Below are positions 1 through 10,044 of a stretch of DNA of 64,000 nt, piece by piece. The notes beneath the pieces were generated by a model. It saw only the letters and a program-made list of their open reading frames with translations, did not search any database and was not told the DNA's origin. Numbering within the stretch: the stretch's first letter is position 1; the number at the start of each line of letters is the position of its first letter. A program made the translations under genes and the position numbers. This DNA comes from Desulfatiglandales bacterium (GTDB lineage: Bacteria; Desulfobacterota; DSM-4660; Desulfatiglandales; HGW-15): NCBI GenBank assembly GCA_963667015.2, contig CAXXJJ010000001.1, forward strand, positions 2,528,001 through 2,592,000, written 5' to 3'.

Positions 1-1
1 A

Positions 2-1330
2 TCTGTTTTTCCGCACGGCACTACCATTTTTCATCTGGACAAGACATACAGCGGCTACACAATACTGACAACCAAGGGATATCAGGCGATTCTTATTGAT
101 ATGAACGGCAACGTTGTCCATCACTGGGAGAATATGTGCGATGAAGAGCATCCTGCAAAACTGCTCCCGGGCGGATATGCCATGGGCGCGACCGGGAAAC
201 GGGGCAGGATATTGGGAGATAAGGAATCCAATGACCTTTCCGTTGTTGACTGGGATGGAAACATTGTATGGACCTATAAAATGGCCGGTGTGCATCATGA
301 CTTTCAAAGGGAAGGCAATCCAGTCGGATATTATGTGCCCGGTATGGATTCATACGTTGATAAGGGTAAAACCCTGATACTTTCACACCTAGTTGTAGAG
401 AACAGCAAAATAAGTGATAAAAAACTCTATGATGATGTCATTATTGAAGTTGATCATGACGGCAACGAGATTTTCAGGTGGCTTGCGAGCGATCATGTAA
501 AGGATATGGGATTTGACAACATGGCTAAAATTGTTATGTATCGCTATCCCAATTATTCAATGACCAGGACACCCGGTGTTGTCGGCGGAGACTGGATCCA
601 TGTGAACACCGCATCATGGCTTGGCCCCAACAAGTGGTATGATAAGGGTGATAAACGTTTTCATCCCGACAATATCATTTATGACGGCCGTCAGACCAAC
701 ACTACCGGAATCATTGACCGGAAAACCGGAAAAATAGTCTGGCATCTGGGCCCGGAGTTTGAATCCACAAAGGAACTTAGAAAGATTGGACCTACTATCG
801 GCCTTCATCATGCACACATGATTCCCAAAGGTCTTCCAGGTGAAGGAAATATCCTGATTTTTGACAATGGCGGATACGGCGGCTATGGCGCTCCAAATCC
901 TGCGGCTCCTACGGGGTTGAACAATGTAAAAAGAGATTATTCAAGGGTCCTTGAAATTGATCCGGCTACACTAAAGATTGTGTGGGAGTATGACGCCAAC
1001 AAATCCGGAAACCGTGACAAGGTAAAATTTTACAGCGATTATGTCAGTTCTGCCCAGAGACTTCCAAACGGGAATACCCTTATTACAGAAGGTGCATTTG
1101 GGCGAATCTTCGAGATCACCAATGACTATGAGATTGTATGGGAATATGTAAGTCCCTACTATGAAAAATCGGAAAATTTTAATCTGGTCTACAGGGCCTA
1201 CAGGGTCCCCTATGACTATGTTCCGCAGCTTACAAAACCAAAAGAAAAACCTGTTATTCCGCCTGAGAATTCAACTCTGAGACTTAAGGATCTAAAACAG
1301 CAGAAGAAATCTCGGAAAAAAAATAATTAG
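2..1330 (+). CDS. Arylsulfate sulfotransferase (ASST) family beta-propeller protein, 5'-truncated by the window edge, probably cytoplasmic
   Basis: Frame is open from base 2 (SVFPHGTTIFHLDKTYSGYT...LIDMNGNVVHHW). It carries repeated D-W-D-G-N-x-V-W blades plus HHDF, DWIHVN, HHAHMIP and SSAQRLPNGNTLITEG motifs typical of ASSTs. No signal peptide is visible. Confidence 0.85.
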   Translation, partial: SVFPHGTTIFHLDKTYSGYTILTTKGYQAILIDMNGNVVHHWENMCDEEHPAKLLPGGYAMGATGKRGRILGDKESNDLSVVDWDGNIVWTYKMAGVHHDFQREGNPVGYYVPGMDSYVDKGKTLILSHLVVENSKISDKKLYDDVIIEVDHDGNEIFRWLASDHVKDMGFDNMAKIVMYRYPNYSMTRTPGVVGGDWIHVNTASWLGPNKWYDKGDKRFHPDNIIYDGRQTNTTGIIDRKTGKIVWHLGPEFESTKELRKIGPTIGLHHAHMIPKGLPGEGNILIFDNGGYGGYGAPNPAAPTGLNNVKRDYSRVLEIDPATLKIVWEYDANKSGNRDKVKFYSDYVSSAQRLPNGNTLITEGAFGRIFEITNDYEIVWEYVSPYYEKSENFNLVYRAYRVPYDYVPQLTKPKEKPVIPPENSTLRLKDLKQQKKSRKKNN

Positions 1331-1357
1331 TTAATACGTTCAAGGAGGTCATTTCAA

Positions 1358-1744
1358 ATGAATTATACAAAGAAACTGAAATACATAATATTTTCTATGA
1401 TTATATCTATGACATTTATTGCAGCAGGATATTCCTTTGCACAGCATGAAGGCGGTCTTGGAGAAAAAAAGATTCACCTGAATATCGCTGACAAGGATCA
1501 GCTCATGAAGATTGAGGGCATGACCGAAGACCTTGCGGCGGCTGTTATTGAATACCGGGAAAAATCCGGCTTCTTTAAAGCCCCTGAGGACCTGCTTAAG
1601 GTGCCCGGTATTACAAAAAGTGTATATGATACCCTGAATCCGCAGGTAGGCTCGGAAGGCGACCTGTATTGTGTTCCCAAGGAAGGCGCTGAAGATGAAT
1701 TTGATGAAGACGAAGAGCCCGTTTTAAGTCCTTCAAAATGCTAG
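1358..1744 (+). CDS. Exported helix-hairpin-helix (ComEA-like) protein
   Basis: Signal peptide, then HLNIADKDQLMKIEGM...AAAVIEYREKSGFFKAPEDLLKVPGI (tandem HhH as in ComEA). Acidic tail ends in Cys. AAGGAGG RBS. Confidence 0.8.
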   Translation: MNYTKKLKYIIFSMIISMTFIAAGYSFAQHEGGLGEKKIHLNIADKDQLMKIEGMTEDLAAAVIEYREKSGFFKAPEDLLKVPGITKSVYDTLNPQVGSEGDLYCVPKEGAEDEFDEDEEPVLSPSKC

Positions 1745-1775
1745 CACTGTAAATTAAAAGAGGATAAATGCCGGT

Positions 1776-4631
1776 ATGGTTCATAACAAGAAATGGCCGT
1801 TGATTGCTGTCTTTTTCGTATTCTTTTTATTGATAACTGTATCTTCTTCCTCTGGTGAAGAAAATCCCAGGGGACTGGCTCCAGTAATGGATGCTACCTA
1901 TATGCCTGAACTGGGCGGAGTTCTAAACAAGACATATCATAACCAGTACGGCCAGAAAAGGGATCTTTCAGAATGTATCGTTCTGCGGGAAAGCAAAATC
2001 GAGGATGGAAAGGCGTATGTGCCGGCCGGAGGCCTTTTTTATTCTTCAGAAACCTCCCAGGACGCAAGACCTTTTATGAGAGAGCCCTTTCTGATTCTTG
2101 GAGAGCATACCTATCTGCTTCGCTCCATCCATAAAAAAGTTGTAAAACGAAATGTGGAGGTGGAAAGAGGTGATAAGGTACTTCTTGATTCTTCCGGATA
2201 TCGGCTGTGGTTTGATTATGCTACAGACCATTATGAAAAACCATATGGTGAATTCGCCCTTATTGCACCTTCAGGAGCATGGCCCCATGAATGGCCTGTC
2301 TCTACTTCATTTCCCGGGGCTGAAGAAATTAAAAAACTTAAACTCAAGGAAGGTATCCATCCCCAGCCAGAATCCTTTTTTATGGATAATAAATATCTTT
2401 ACGGGCTTACAAAGCTTGTAGCCGAGGATATAGGATTTGAGAAAGCAAAATTCTCCATGATTGAGTACCCTGTAGTTACAGAGGCAGTCTTTTCCATGGA
2501 AAGACCCTGGGTGATGGATGTATATCAGGAGACTTACCGCTGGTACGGCAACAAAAGAATTTACACATTTAGAAAAGAAAACGGAGTTCTTGTTGAGATC
2601 AGAAACTGGACAGGGAAGAAAGTACTTGCATCCAAGCTCCTTAAGCCCGCCACCCAGCAGGAATACAAGGCAGCACATCAGGATGACTATTGCCTGACTG
2701 ATTTTGATCTGGATATCCATATAGAACTGATTGTTGACCCTGATTACAATAAGGCATCGGATTTTTCTCCCTGGGCCAATGACGTCCCCTATGGCTGGCA
2801 GGAAGGGACTGTTTCTCTTGCGGTTTATAATGACCTTATTAAAATAAAAGACGGAGAACCATGGCCCAATGATGAACGTTATATAGTAAGGCTTGAAGCA
2901 AACTACGAGACCGGAATGCTCCAGCGGCTGACCCTGGAAAACAGGGAGCCTTTTGTCCTGAGTAATAAAAATACATCATATGACGGTCCTGCAAAGATCT
3001 CAGAAGTATGGGACCGAAGTTATTTCAAGGTGGTTGCCAGAGATTTTAAAGACAACGTCGTAAAGGATTGCTATGTGCGCGATTCCTTTTTCCGGAGAAC
3101 CGACAATCTCATACTCTGGAAGGAGGGAAGAGGCAACATAGACTTTTTCATCGGCAAGAGCCCCCTGTTTTTCCCTGTGATGGAAGATACCTTCCTCGGA
3201 CGACTGGCTGATCCGACCTATGGTGTCCCCGTGGTACAATCACGTTTCACATCCTATCCCGAGGTTATTCCCGATGCAAAGTGGTTTGCTCCTGATCCTA
3301 CATGTGCATTTGATCCCAAACTCAAAGGCTTTATAAGGAAATACGTCCGGACAAGAGATAATCAGAAGTTAATTGCTCAGGAAACCATGGTGATCAGAAA
3401 AAGCTACGTGGATTACAGGAATAGTAAAATTATTATCCCGCCCGGGGGGCTTTATTACAGCTCACGCGACAACAGAAATATCCGGCCCGGAGAACCCCTC
3501 GTAATCCTTGGAAAGAATGCATATCTCCTTGGGTTTAAAAGCTACCTGGTAGTAAAGAAGGATTTCAGGATCGACTTATGGAAGGAGTATCCCATGGGCG
3601 ACGACAACCTGCTTTTCTGGCAGGATGTTGCCATCGGCGACGGCGCCAAGGCTATGCGCTATATGGGGACCGGTTTTTTGTGGGGAAAACCGGTCGGTGA
3701 ACTTCGCCTGACAAAATATTCGGGGAACAATTGGGGTGCCAATATAATGGTTGCTCAAGGATTAAAATCGTATGATGACATTCCTGAGACCTTTCCTGAA
3801 GAAGGTGTCTATGTTCAGGATTTTGATTACTACATCCCGGATGTATTTGCCGAAGGCGCAACCTATCTTATACCCAAATTTGTATCTCCGGATTTTGTAG
3901 AGGTAGAAGAAATGGGAACCCCTGGTATGGATGAGTTTACTGTCACCTATGAAAAACCCAAAAAAGCTGTTCTTGAGGAGGGTAAATCAGCCAAGGCCGG
4001 AAAATACATGTTTCAGGTAAGAGGGATCAATTCTGATGCAAAATCCATTGATTGCGCGCTGATAGATGACAAGGGTAATACTGTGGCCGAAAAGACCTTC
4101 GGTCCCCTGGACGAGAAGCTGCTGGATACACTGCCCCAGTATGGACCATCCCAGGAAAGGATCACCATGCGATATCAGGATATGTACATTACCCTTGATG
4201 TCCCGGTGGACCTCTCAAAAGGTAAAGCATCCTTCCATATAGCTACTGGAGCGGTAACCTACAAACGGGACGAGCCTTTGCCGGAGGATTCCAGATTTGT
4301 TGTGAAACCTGATGTCTGCGGCCACTGCTACCAGTTGAATGAAGTTCTTTTTACAAACAACGAACCAATCGTGCTGGACAACGATCATCGTGTTTATGAA
4401 GGACCCGAAGGATATTTCAAGATCGTTATTGATGATTTTGACGGGGAGGCCGTCAATGCCTGGCATATCGAGACCGTTTATAAAGGTGAGACCCATAAAA
4501 CATCGAATATGGCGGAATTCAAAAGAAATAATATCGACGTGATGGTCGGTGTGAATGGAACGACAGAAAGTTTTTTACGCCAAACCGTGCTGGATCGATT
4601 GGCCTATCGTGAAGTCTGGCGACTTCAGTAA
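1776..4631 (+). CDS. Large exported hypothetical protein made of two homologous halves
   Basis: 951-aa ORF with N-terminal signal peptide and GAGG RBS. Halves share motifs (VPAGGLFYSS/IPPGGLYYSS; EPFLILG/EPLVILG; NIDFFIG/NIDVMVG). CGHC lies in the second half. Confidence 0.75.
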   Translation: MVHNKKWPLIAVFFVFFLLITVSSSSGEENPRGLAPVMDATYMPELGGVLNKTYHNQYGQKRDLSECIVLRESKIEDGKAYVPAGGLFYSSETSQDARPFMREPFLILGEHTYLLRSIHKKVVKRNVEVERGDKVLLDSSGYRLWFDYATDHYEKPYGEFALIAPSGAWPHEWPVSTSFPGAEEIKKLKLKEGIHPQPESFFMDNKYLYGLTKLVAEDIGFEKAKFSMIEYPVVTEAVFSMERPWVMDVYQETYRWYGNKRIYTFRKENGVLVEIRNWTGKKVLASKLLKPATQQEYKAAHQDDYCLTDFDLDIHIELIVDPDYNKASDFSPWANDVPYGWQEGTVSLAVYNDLIKIKDGEPWPNDERYIVRLEANYETGMLQRLTLENREPFVLSNKNTSYDGPAKISEVWDRSYFKVVARDFKDNVVKDCYVRDSFFRRTDNLILWKEGRGNIDFFIGKSPLFFPVMEDTFLGRLADPTYGVPVVQSRFTSYPEVIPDAKWFAPDPTCAFDPKLKGFIRKYVRTRDNQKLIAQETMVIRKSYVDYRNSKIIIPPGGLYYSSRDNRNIRPGEPLVILGKNAYLLGFKSYLVVKKDFRIDLWKEYPMGDDNLLFWQDVAIGDGAKAMRYMGTGFLWGKPVGELRLTKYSGNNWGANIMVAQGLKSYDDIPETFPEEGVYVQDFDYYIPDVFAEGATYLIPKFVSPDFVEVEEMGTPGMDEFTVTYEKPKKAVLEEGKSAKAGKYMFQVRGINSDAKSIDCALIDDKGNTVAEKTFGPLDEKLLDTLPQYGPSQERITMRYQDMYITLDVPVDLSKGKASFHIATGAVTYKRDEPLPEDSRFVVKPDVCGHCYQLNEVLFTNNEPIVLDNDHRVYEGPEGYFKIVIDDFDGEAVNAWHIETVYKGETHKTSNMAEFKRNNIDVMVGVNGTTESFLRQTVLDRLAYREVWRLQ

Positions 4632-4648
4632 CATAATGGAGATAGTAT

Positions 4649-5824
4649 ATGACAACAGCAATAACTGATGGTCAGGCAATAGAAAAAACATCCAATACAA
4701 GGGAGCCTTCTGTGTGGAGTGCACTCCCAAGTTTTAAGAATAGCTGGCCCGGACTTCTGGCCATGGCAATACTCGCCCTGTTTTGCGGCCTTCCAGGTCT
4801 TAACTTCCCTTTAACCCTTGATACCCTTTTGCATTACATTGATGCCGTTTTACCGCCTGTATATGGCAAAGGTTTTTTTACTGATCTTCTGCATATGAAC
4901 TATGTTGTCAACTGTCTGCTTGTAGGCATTATTGTCAGGAATGTTATCGGTGTTCCGAATTCATGGGAGCCCGGTCTCACCTACAGCGGCATTTTCATGA
5001 ACGCAGGGATCATCATGCTCGGGTCTCAATATCTTTTGAGCGATCTGATTAAACTGGGCGGGGTGAGTATTATCGTCATGTTCTTCATGGTTTTTGGAGG
5101 GGCGTTGATATTCACCTATATGGGCCGCTGGACAAAAATGGGGGACTCCATGACAGCCCTTCTTGCCGCGGGATTTTCCATGTGCGGTGTGTCCGCGTGT
5201 ATTGCCATATCCCCCATGGTGAGATCCAAGAGCGAAGAAGTGGCCTATGCCATCGCAGTCTCGGTTACCTTCGGTCTTTTCTGCCTGTTTGCGCTTCCAT
5301 TTGTCGGTCATTTGATCGGCATGTCAAATGATGCATTCGGGCTGCTTTCGGCTGCCGGAGTCCCTAATTCGAACCAGGTAATCGCTACCGGTTTCAACTA
5401 CAGTTTCGAAGCAGGGAGAATTTCCGGGTTTACGAATATCGGCCGGCTGGTTCTGATTCCCGGCGGTGTTCTCTTTATCTATTTCATGACACTGGGTAAG
5501 GAGATTAAAGGATCATCGATCAGTTTCTGGCAGGTTTTAAGAGAGAAATTCCCCATATTTATTGTAGGTTTTGCCATTGTATGGGCACTGAACTGCATGA
5601 AGGTCTGGCCGCTTCCGGCCAGTGAGGCAATGGGGAAGGTAATGGAATGGTTTTTTTCTCTCAGCTTTGTCGGGCTGGGACTTTTGACCAAGCTGTCGGA
5701 TTTAAGGAAAGCAGGCATTAAAGGAATTGTGGTGGGTTATACAGCCGGATCAATGAGAATAGGCCTCTGCCTGATTCTCCTCTATATTGCCGCAAAAATG
5801 GGTAAGATAGTATTCATCCAGTAA
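4649..5824 (+). CDS. YeiH / putative sulfate exporter family membrane protein
   Basis: Polytopic membrane protein with the motif ALLAAGFSMCGVSACIAISP...EVAYAIA characteristic of YeiH (PSE) exporters. Confidence 0.8.
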   Translation: MTTAITDGQAIEKTSNTREPSVWSALPSFKNSWPGLLAMAILALFCGLPGLNFPLTLDTLLHYIDAVLPPVYGKGFFTDLLHMNYVVNCLLVGIIVRNVIGVPNSWEPGLTYSGIFMNAGIIMLGSQYLLSDLIKLGGVSIIVMFFMVFGGALIFTYMGRWTKMGDSMTALLAAGFSMCGVSACIAISPMVRSKSEEVAYAIAVSVTFGLFCLFALPFVGHLIGMSNDAFGLLSAAGVPNSNQVIATGFNYSFEAGRISGFTNIGRLVLIPGGVLFIYFMTLGKEIKGSSISFWQVLREKFPIFIVGFAIVWALNCMKVWPLPASEAMGKVMEWFFSLSFVGLGLLTKLSDLRKAGIKGIVVGYTAGSMRIGLCLILLYIAAKMGKIVFIQ

Positions 5825-5868
5825 GGCGCGGGAACCCAGGGGATTTGTATATATTAAAGGAGTTTATT

Positions 5869-6042
5869 ATGGCTGACACTATAGTTAAAAACCAGGAGCA
5901 GGGCACCGAAGATTTGAAAAAGGTAGAGGCCACAGCGGATGAAAAACAGCGCAGGCACCGGGTGGATGAGTATATGGCGATGATTATCGCTCTTGGTGCA
6001 GTAGCCGTACTCTGGCTTTTACAATATTTAGGGTTTTATTGA
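5869..6042 (+). CDS. Small protein with C-terminal transmembrane helix
   Basis: AAGGAG RBS before ATG at 5869. 57 aa, charged N-terminus and hydrophobic C-terminus. Lies within the operon. Confidence 0.6.
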   Translation: MADTIVKNQEQGTEDLKKVEATADEKQRRHRVDEYMAMIIALGAVAVLWLLQYLGFY

Positions 6043-6092
6043 TAAGAGACAGCGATGATTTTTATAAGAGATAAAAAAGGCGGGGAGGTATC

Positions 6093-6533
6093 ATGAAGGA
6101 TATCCTTATCATATTGAACGGAAAAGACAGTGAAAATGCCGTTGAACAGGCGTTTAGCACTGCCCGGTCCGGTTCAGGAAAGGTAAAGGTGATGCAGATC
6201 CTCGATTCGGGACTTTATCATTACGCTCATAACGACCTGGTCGCTCCCAGACTTAACAAGCGGACATTCCTGCTCTATATCCGCGAGCAGGTTCTCGAAC
6301 AGGGCAGGGTGGAAGCCGGTGAACTTATCAGGAAGGCCCACGAGATGGGGATCTCCCTTGAGATTGACCCGGTAGAGACGGATGATGTGATTTCAACCGT
6401 GATTGCCGAGGCAAAAAAGGGCTATGATGAGATATATCTGCCCAAAGAGGAAAAAAAACTTTTCCCGATTTTCAAGAGGACCATGGAGCAGCATCTCAGG
6501 AGAAAGGCACCGGGCCGGGTCATAGCATGCTGA
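6093..6533 (+). CDS. Universal stress protein-like protein
   Basis: 146 aa with the USP-like start MKDILIILNGKDSENAVEQAFSTA. GGAGG RBS. Confidence 0.65.
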   Translation: MKDILIILNGKDSENAVEQAFSTARSGSGKVKVMQILDSGLYHYAHNDLVAPRLNKRTFLLYIREQVLEQGRVEAGELIRKAHEMGISLEIDPVETDDVISTVIAEAKKGYDEIYLPKEEKKLFPIFKRTMEQHLRRKAPGRVIAC

Positions 6534-6577
6534 AAAGACATATAAGGAAAAATAAAATTATTAATACGGAGGGTCGC

Positions 6578-7927
6578 ATGAAAAAAAGTATGGGTATATT
6601 ATTTATTATCCTTTTTATCGCGGTATCGTTTGGATCAGCTTCGGCATATGAAGCCATGGTCGGACCTACAGGAGTACTGAAGTATAATAAGGAAAAATCC
6701 TATGGCGGATATACCTTGTTTGCACCAATGGTAAACTGCAAAACCACCTATCTTATAGATATGGAGGGTAATGTCGTTCACAAATGGGAGTCTGAGTATA
6801 CACCTGGTGCCTATGCCATGCTTCTTCCAAACGGAAACCTCCTGAGAGGTGGAGTAATGAAGAAAAAACCTGCTGCTATAGGCGGAGCCGGAGGTATTGT
6901 CCAGGAGATAGACTGGGACGGCAATGTTGTATGGGAATACAAGATGAACAGTGATACAGAGTTGCAGCATCATTGTTTTACCCGTATGCCGAACGGAAAT
7001 ACGCTTATACTTGGCTGGGAAAGAATAACTATTGAGGAGGCGATAGCCAAAGGGCGTGACCCCAAAACAATCCCCCTCGAAGTATATGACATGGGGCAAT
7101 ATCACAATGATTTCTGGGTAGACTTTGTTCGCGAGGTTGATAAAAAGAACAAGACTGTCTGGGAATATCATGTCTGGGACCATGTCGGAACAGGGCCAAA
7201 CCAGTATGATATAAATTATATCCTGCCGGAAAAACTTGGCGGAAACTATACCAGTTTTGACTGGTCCCATTTTAATACGGTTGAATATATTCCAGAAGAC
7301 GACCTGGTACTCCTCAACTCCAGAAATTTCAGCGAATTCTATCTTATTGATCATAAAACAGGAAAAATGATCTATCGATGGGGTAATCCGAGCGCCTATG
7401 GACAGGGAGAAAAACCCTCATGGTATAATAATGGAGACCAGAAGGTGTTCGGGTCCCACAGTGCCACATATATTGGCAAAGACCGTTTTATGATATTTGA
7501 CAACGGTTCGGAGCGTGCTGAAGGAAACAGGTCCAGCATTGTAATAATGGACCGGAAGACAAATGAGATCGTATGGCAATACCATACAACAACACCTCAA
7601 AGTTTTTATTCGTTCCGCCAGGGCTCAGCCCAGATGCTTGCCAATGGAAATATCCAGGTCACATCAACTAACAGCGGGCACCTTTTTGAGGTGACAGAGG
7701 ATAAGGAAATAGTATGGGATTATGTAAGTCCTGTCTTTAACGGAAAGACAAAATGTTATGCTGAAGATGGTGACATGCCCAATATGCTGAACAATATGAT
7801 TCACAGGTCATATCGATACGGGGCAGATTATCCCGGCCTTAAGAGAAAGGACCTCAGTAAAAAGGTTCCCTTAACAGAGTGTCCGGAGTTTTATAAGATT
7901 TATAATACAGACGCCAAACCGGAGTAA
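6578..7927 (+). CDS. Exported arylsulfate sulfotransferase (ASST) family protein
   Basis: GGAGG RBS before ATG 6578, signal peptide (ASA-YE), and YLIDMEGNVVHKW, QHHCF, DWSHFN, GSHSA and GSAQMLANGN motifs. Confidence 0.85.
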   Translation: MKKSMGILFIILFIAVSFGSASAYEAMVGPTGVLKYNKEKSYGGYTLFAPMVNCKTTYLIDMEGNVVHKWESEYTPGAYAMLLPNGNLLRGGVMKKKPAAIGGAGGIVQEIDWDGNVVWEYKMNSDTELQHHCFTRMPNGNTLILGWERITIEEAIAKGRDPKTIPLEVYDMGQYHNDFWVDFVREVDKKNKTVWEYHVWDHVGTGPNQYDINYILPEKLGGNYTSFDWSHFNTVEYIPEDDLVLLNSRNFSEFYLIDHKTGKMIYRWGNPSAYGQGEKPSWYNNGDQKVFGSHSATYIGKDRFMIFDNGSERAEGNRSSIVIMDRKTNEIVWQYHTTTPQSFYSFRQGSAQMLANGNIQVTSTNSGHLFEVTEDKEIVWDYVSPVFNGKTKCYAEDGDMPNMLNNMIHRSYRYGADYPGLKRKDLSKKVPLTECPEFYKIYNTDAKPE

Positions 7928-7933
7928 AAAAAT

Positions 7934-7973
7934 AACACGGCCATCCAGGAGCAGGCTCCGGGATGGCTGTGTT
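7934..7973 (+). terminator. Putative terminator hairpin after the ASST operon
   Basis: AACACGGCCATCC...GGATGGCTGTGTT inverted repeat immediately after the stop codon. The U-tract is weak. Confidence 0.55.
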
Positions 7974-8206
7974 CCATCATGTCTTTCCCCTTCATCTCCC
8001 TTTTTTCCATAAATGCTCCTGTGATCTTAGCTTTTTCTATTTCAGGATCTGCGGTATAATCGATCCATGTTATCGGGAAAATACCACCTAAAGATATCCA
8101 TTAATAAAATTTGAAAAAACGGGCAATTTATTATATTTAAAAAATCTGTCAAAATGATCGTGTAGTTGCGTGTCAATGAATAACTAATGCCGGATTGGAG
8201 AGTATA

Positions 8207-9910
8207 ATGAAAAAATATGCTATTCTGCTGATCATGGCAACTCTATTGTTCTCCGGCTGCGGGGACACAGGAAAGCCGACCGACGGGGAATCTGCAGGAA
8301 ACAGATCAGAAGGAGAGGGGAGTGAGATGTCTGCATTGCTGGCAAGGTTTGCACCTACCGGGATTGGCGTTGAAGACGCCAGCATCCCGGAGAAACATCG
8401 CAGCGTGATCAAAAAACTGGTCGAGGCGGCTGAGATTATTGACGAGTTGTTCCTGCTTCAGGTCGACAGCCGCAACAGGACCTGGCGTAATGAGATCGCC
8501 GGGGATCCCGGACTTAAAACAACGCTGGCCCTGTTCGACATAATGTATGGCCCCTGGAACCGGCTCGATCACAACAAACCCTTCTGGGGCAATGTGGAGA
8601 AACCAAGGGGCGCAAACTACTACCCTCAGGATATGACGAAGGAAGAGTTCGAACAGTGGATTGCAGATCATCCCGATCAAAAGGAGGCCTTCACCGGATA
8701 CTTTACACGGATCGAACGTGACGGAAACGGGCTCAGGGCAGTTCCCTATGCAGAGGCCTATAAAGATTATCTGGAGCCGGCGGCTAGGCTGCTCGATGAG
8801 GCGGCTGAAATGGCAGAGGACACACGGCTTGCTAAATTTCTCAAGTCCAGGGCGGCCGCATTCCGGTCTAATGAGTATCGTCAGAGCGACATGGACTGGA
8901 TGGATCTCGGTGACGGCGATATCGAGGTTGTGATCGGCCCATATGAGGTCTACGAGGATGAGCTGTTCGGTTACAAGGCGGCATTCGAAGCCTTTATTAC
9001 TCTTCGTGATCCCGTGGACTCGGCTGAACTCGAGAAGATTAAATCATACATCCCGGATATGGAGAGGTTTCTGCCGATACCGGATGAGTACAAGAACCTG
9101 GACCGCGGCTCCGAATCGCCTATCTCAGTGGTCGATGTACTGTTCACTGCCGGTGACACCCATGCAGGGGTTCAGACCCTGGCCTTCAACCTGCCAAACG
9201 ATGAAGTCGTGCGCGAAAAAAAGGGCTCCAAGAAGGTGATGCTCAAGAATGTGGCCCACGCCAAATACGACCGGATCCTTGTTCCTATTGCAGGACGTCT
9301 GATCGACGACGAACAGGTCAAACACGTTTCTTTTAAGGCGTTCTTCAACCACACCCTTGTTCACGAGACCGCCCACGGTCTGGGGCCAGGAAGGATTACT
9401 GTTGAGAAGGGCGGCAGGAAGGTAGAAACCAGCGTAAATGCCGAACTCAAGGAACTCTACCCGGTAATCGAGGAGGCCAAGGCGGACACCCTGGGTATGT
9501 ACCTCAACTATATGCTGATTGATAAAGGCATGCACACCGAGGAGTTTATGCAGAACGTCTACGCATCGTTCCTCGGCGGATTTTTCCGATCCGTGCGCTT
9601 TGGCGCCAGCGAAGCCCACGGCAGGGCCAACGTGATCCAGTTCAATTATCTTGCCGAAAAGGGAGCGATTATACGCCGCGAAAACGGCAAATATGCCTAT
9701 GTGGCGGACAGGATGCCAGAGGCAGTCAGGGCCCTGGCCCACGACATTCTGATGATCGAGGCCCTGGGCGACTACGACGGGGCAAAGACGTTTGTAAAAA
9801 AATACGGCGAGATGCCCGCGGAGATGAAGAAGGCCCTGGACAGCCTGTCGGACATTCCCACCGATATTCGTCCGACCTACCCGATCAAGAAGCAGATGGC
9901 CTCCTGGTAG
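8207..9910 (+). CDS. Lipoprotein zinc peptidase, dipeptidyl-peptidase III-like (M49-related)
   Basis: Lipobox LLFSG-C. HETAH zinc motif followed by EEAKAD. Also IGPYEVYEDELFGYKAAFE and AFNLPNDE motifs. Confidence 0.8.
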   Translation: MKKYAILLIMATLLFSGCGDTGKPTDGESAGNRSEGEGSEMSALLARFAPTGIGVEDASIPEKHRSVIKKLVEAAEIIDELFLLQVDSRNRTWRNEIAGDPGLKTTLALFDIMYGPWNRLDHNKPFWGNVEKPRGANYYPQDMTKEEFEQWIADHPDQKEAFTGYFTRIERDGNGLRAVPYAEAYKDYLEPAARLLDEAAEMAEDTRLAKFLKSRAAAFRSNEYRQSDMDWMDLGDGDIEVVIGPYEVYEDELFGYKAAFEAFITLRDPVDSAELEKIKSYIPDMERFLPIPDEYKNLDRGSESPISVVDVLFTAGDTHAGVQTLAFNLPNDEVVREKKGSKKVMLKNVAHAKYDRILVPIAGRLIDDEQVKHVSFKAFFNHTLVHETAHGLGPGRITVEKGGRKVETSVNAELKELYPVIEEAKADTLGMYLNYMLIDKGMHTEEFMQNVYASFLGGFFRSVRFGASEAHGRANVIQFNYLAEKGAIIRRENGKYAYVADRMPEAVRALAHDILMIEALGDYDGAKTFVKKYGEMPAEMKKALDSLSDIPTDIRPTYPIKKQMASW

Positions 9911-10044
9911 TATCGGGTATAATTTTTTACTTTAAAAAATTATAAAAATACCATTAAAAATATTTTGATTTGACACTTCAATTTATATTGCTATGCTCAT
10001 TTATTTTCTGTATAACCCCGAATCATTTTTTCAGGAGCCGCGAT

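Noticed and set aside
6525..6545. Cys-TGA at the end of the USP-like gene as possible selenocysteine read-through
   Set aside because: Only three codons follow before TAA and no SECIS-like hairpin is evident.
6635..9742. Long antisense ORFs (6635-7354, 9125-9742; also 33904-34557)
   Set aside because: They are shadows of well-supported genes on the opposite strand and have no recognisable motifs.
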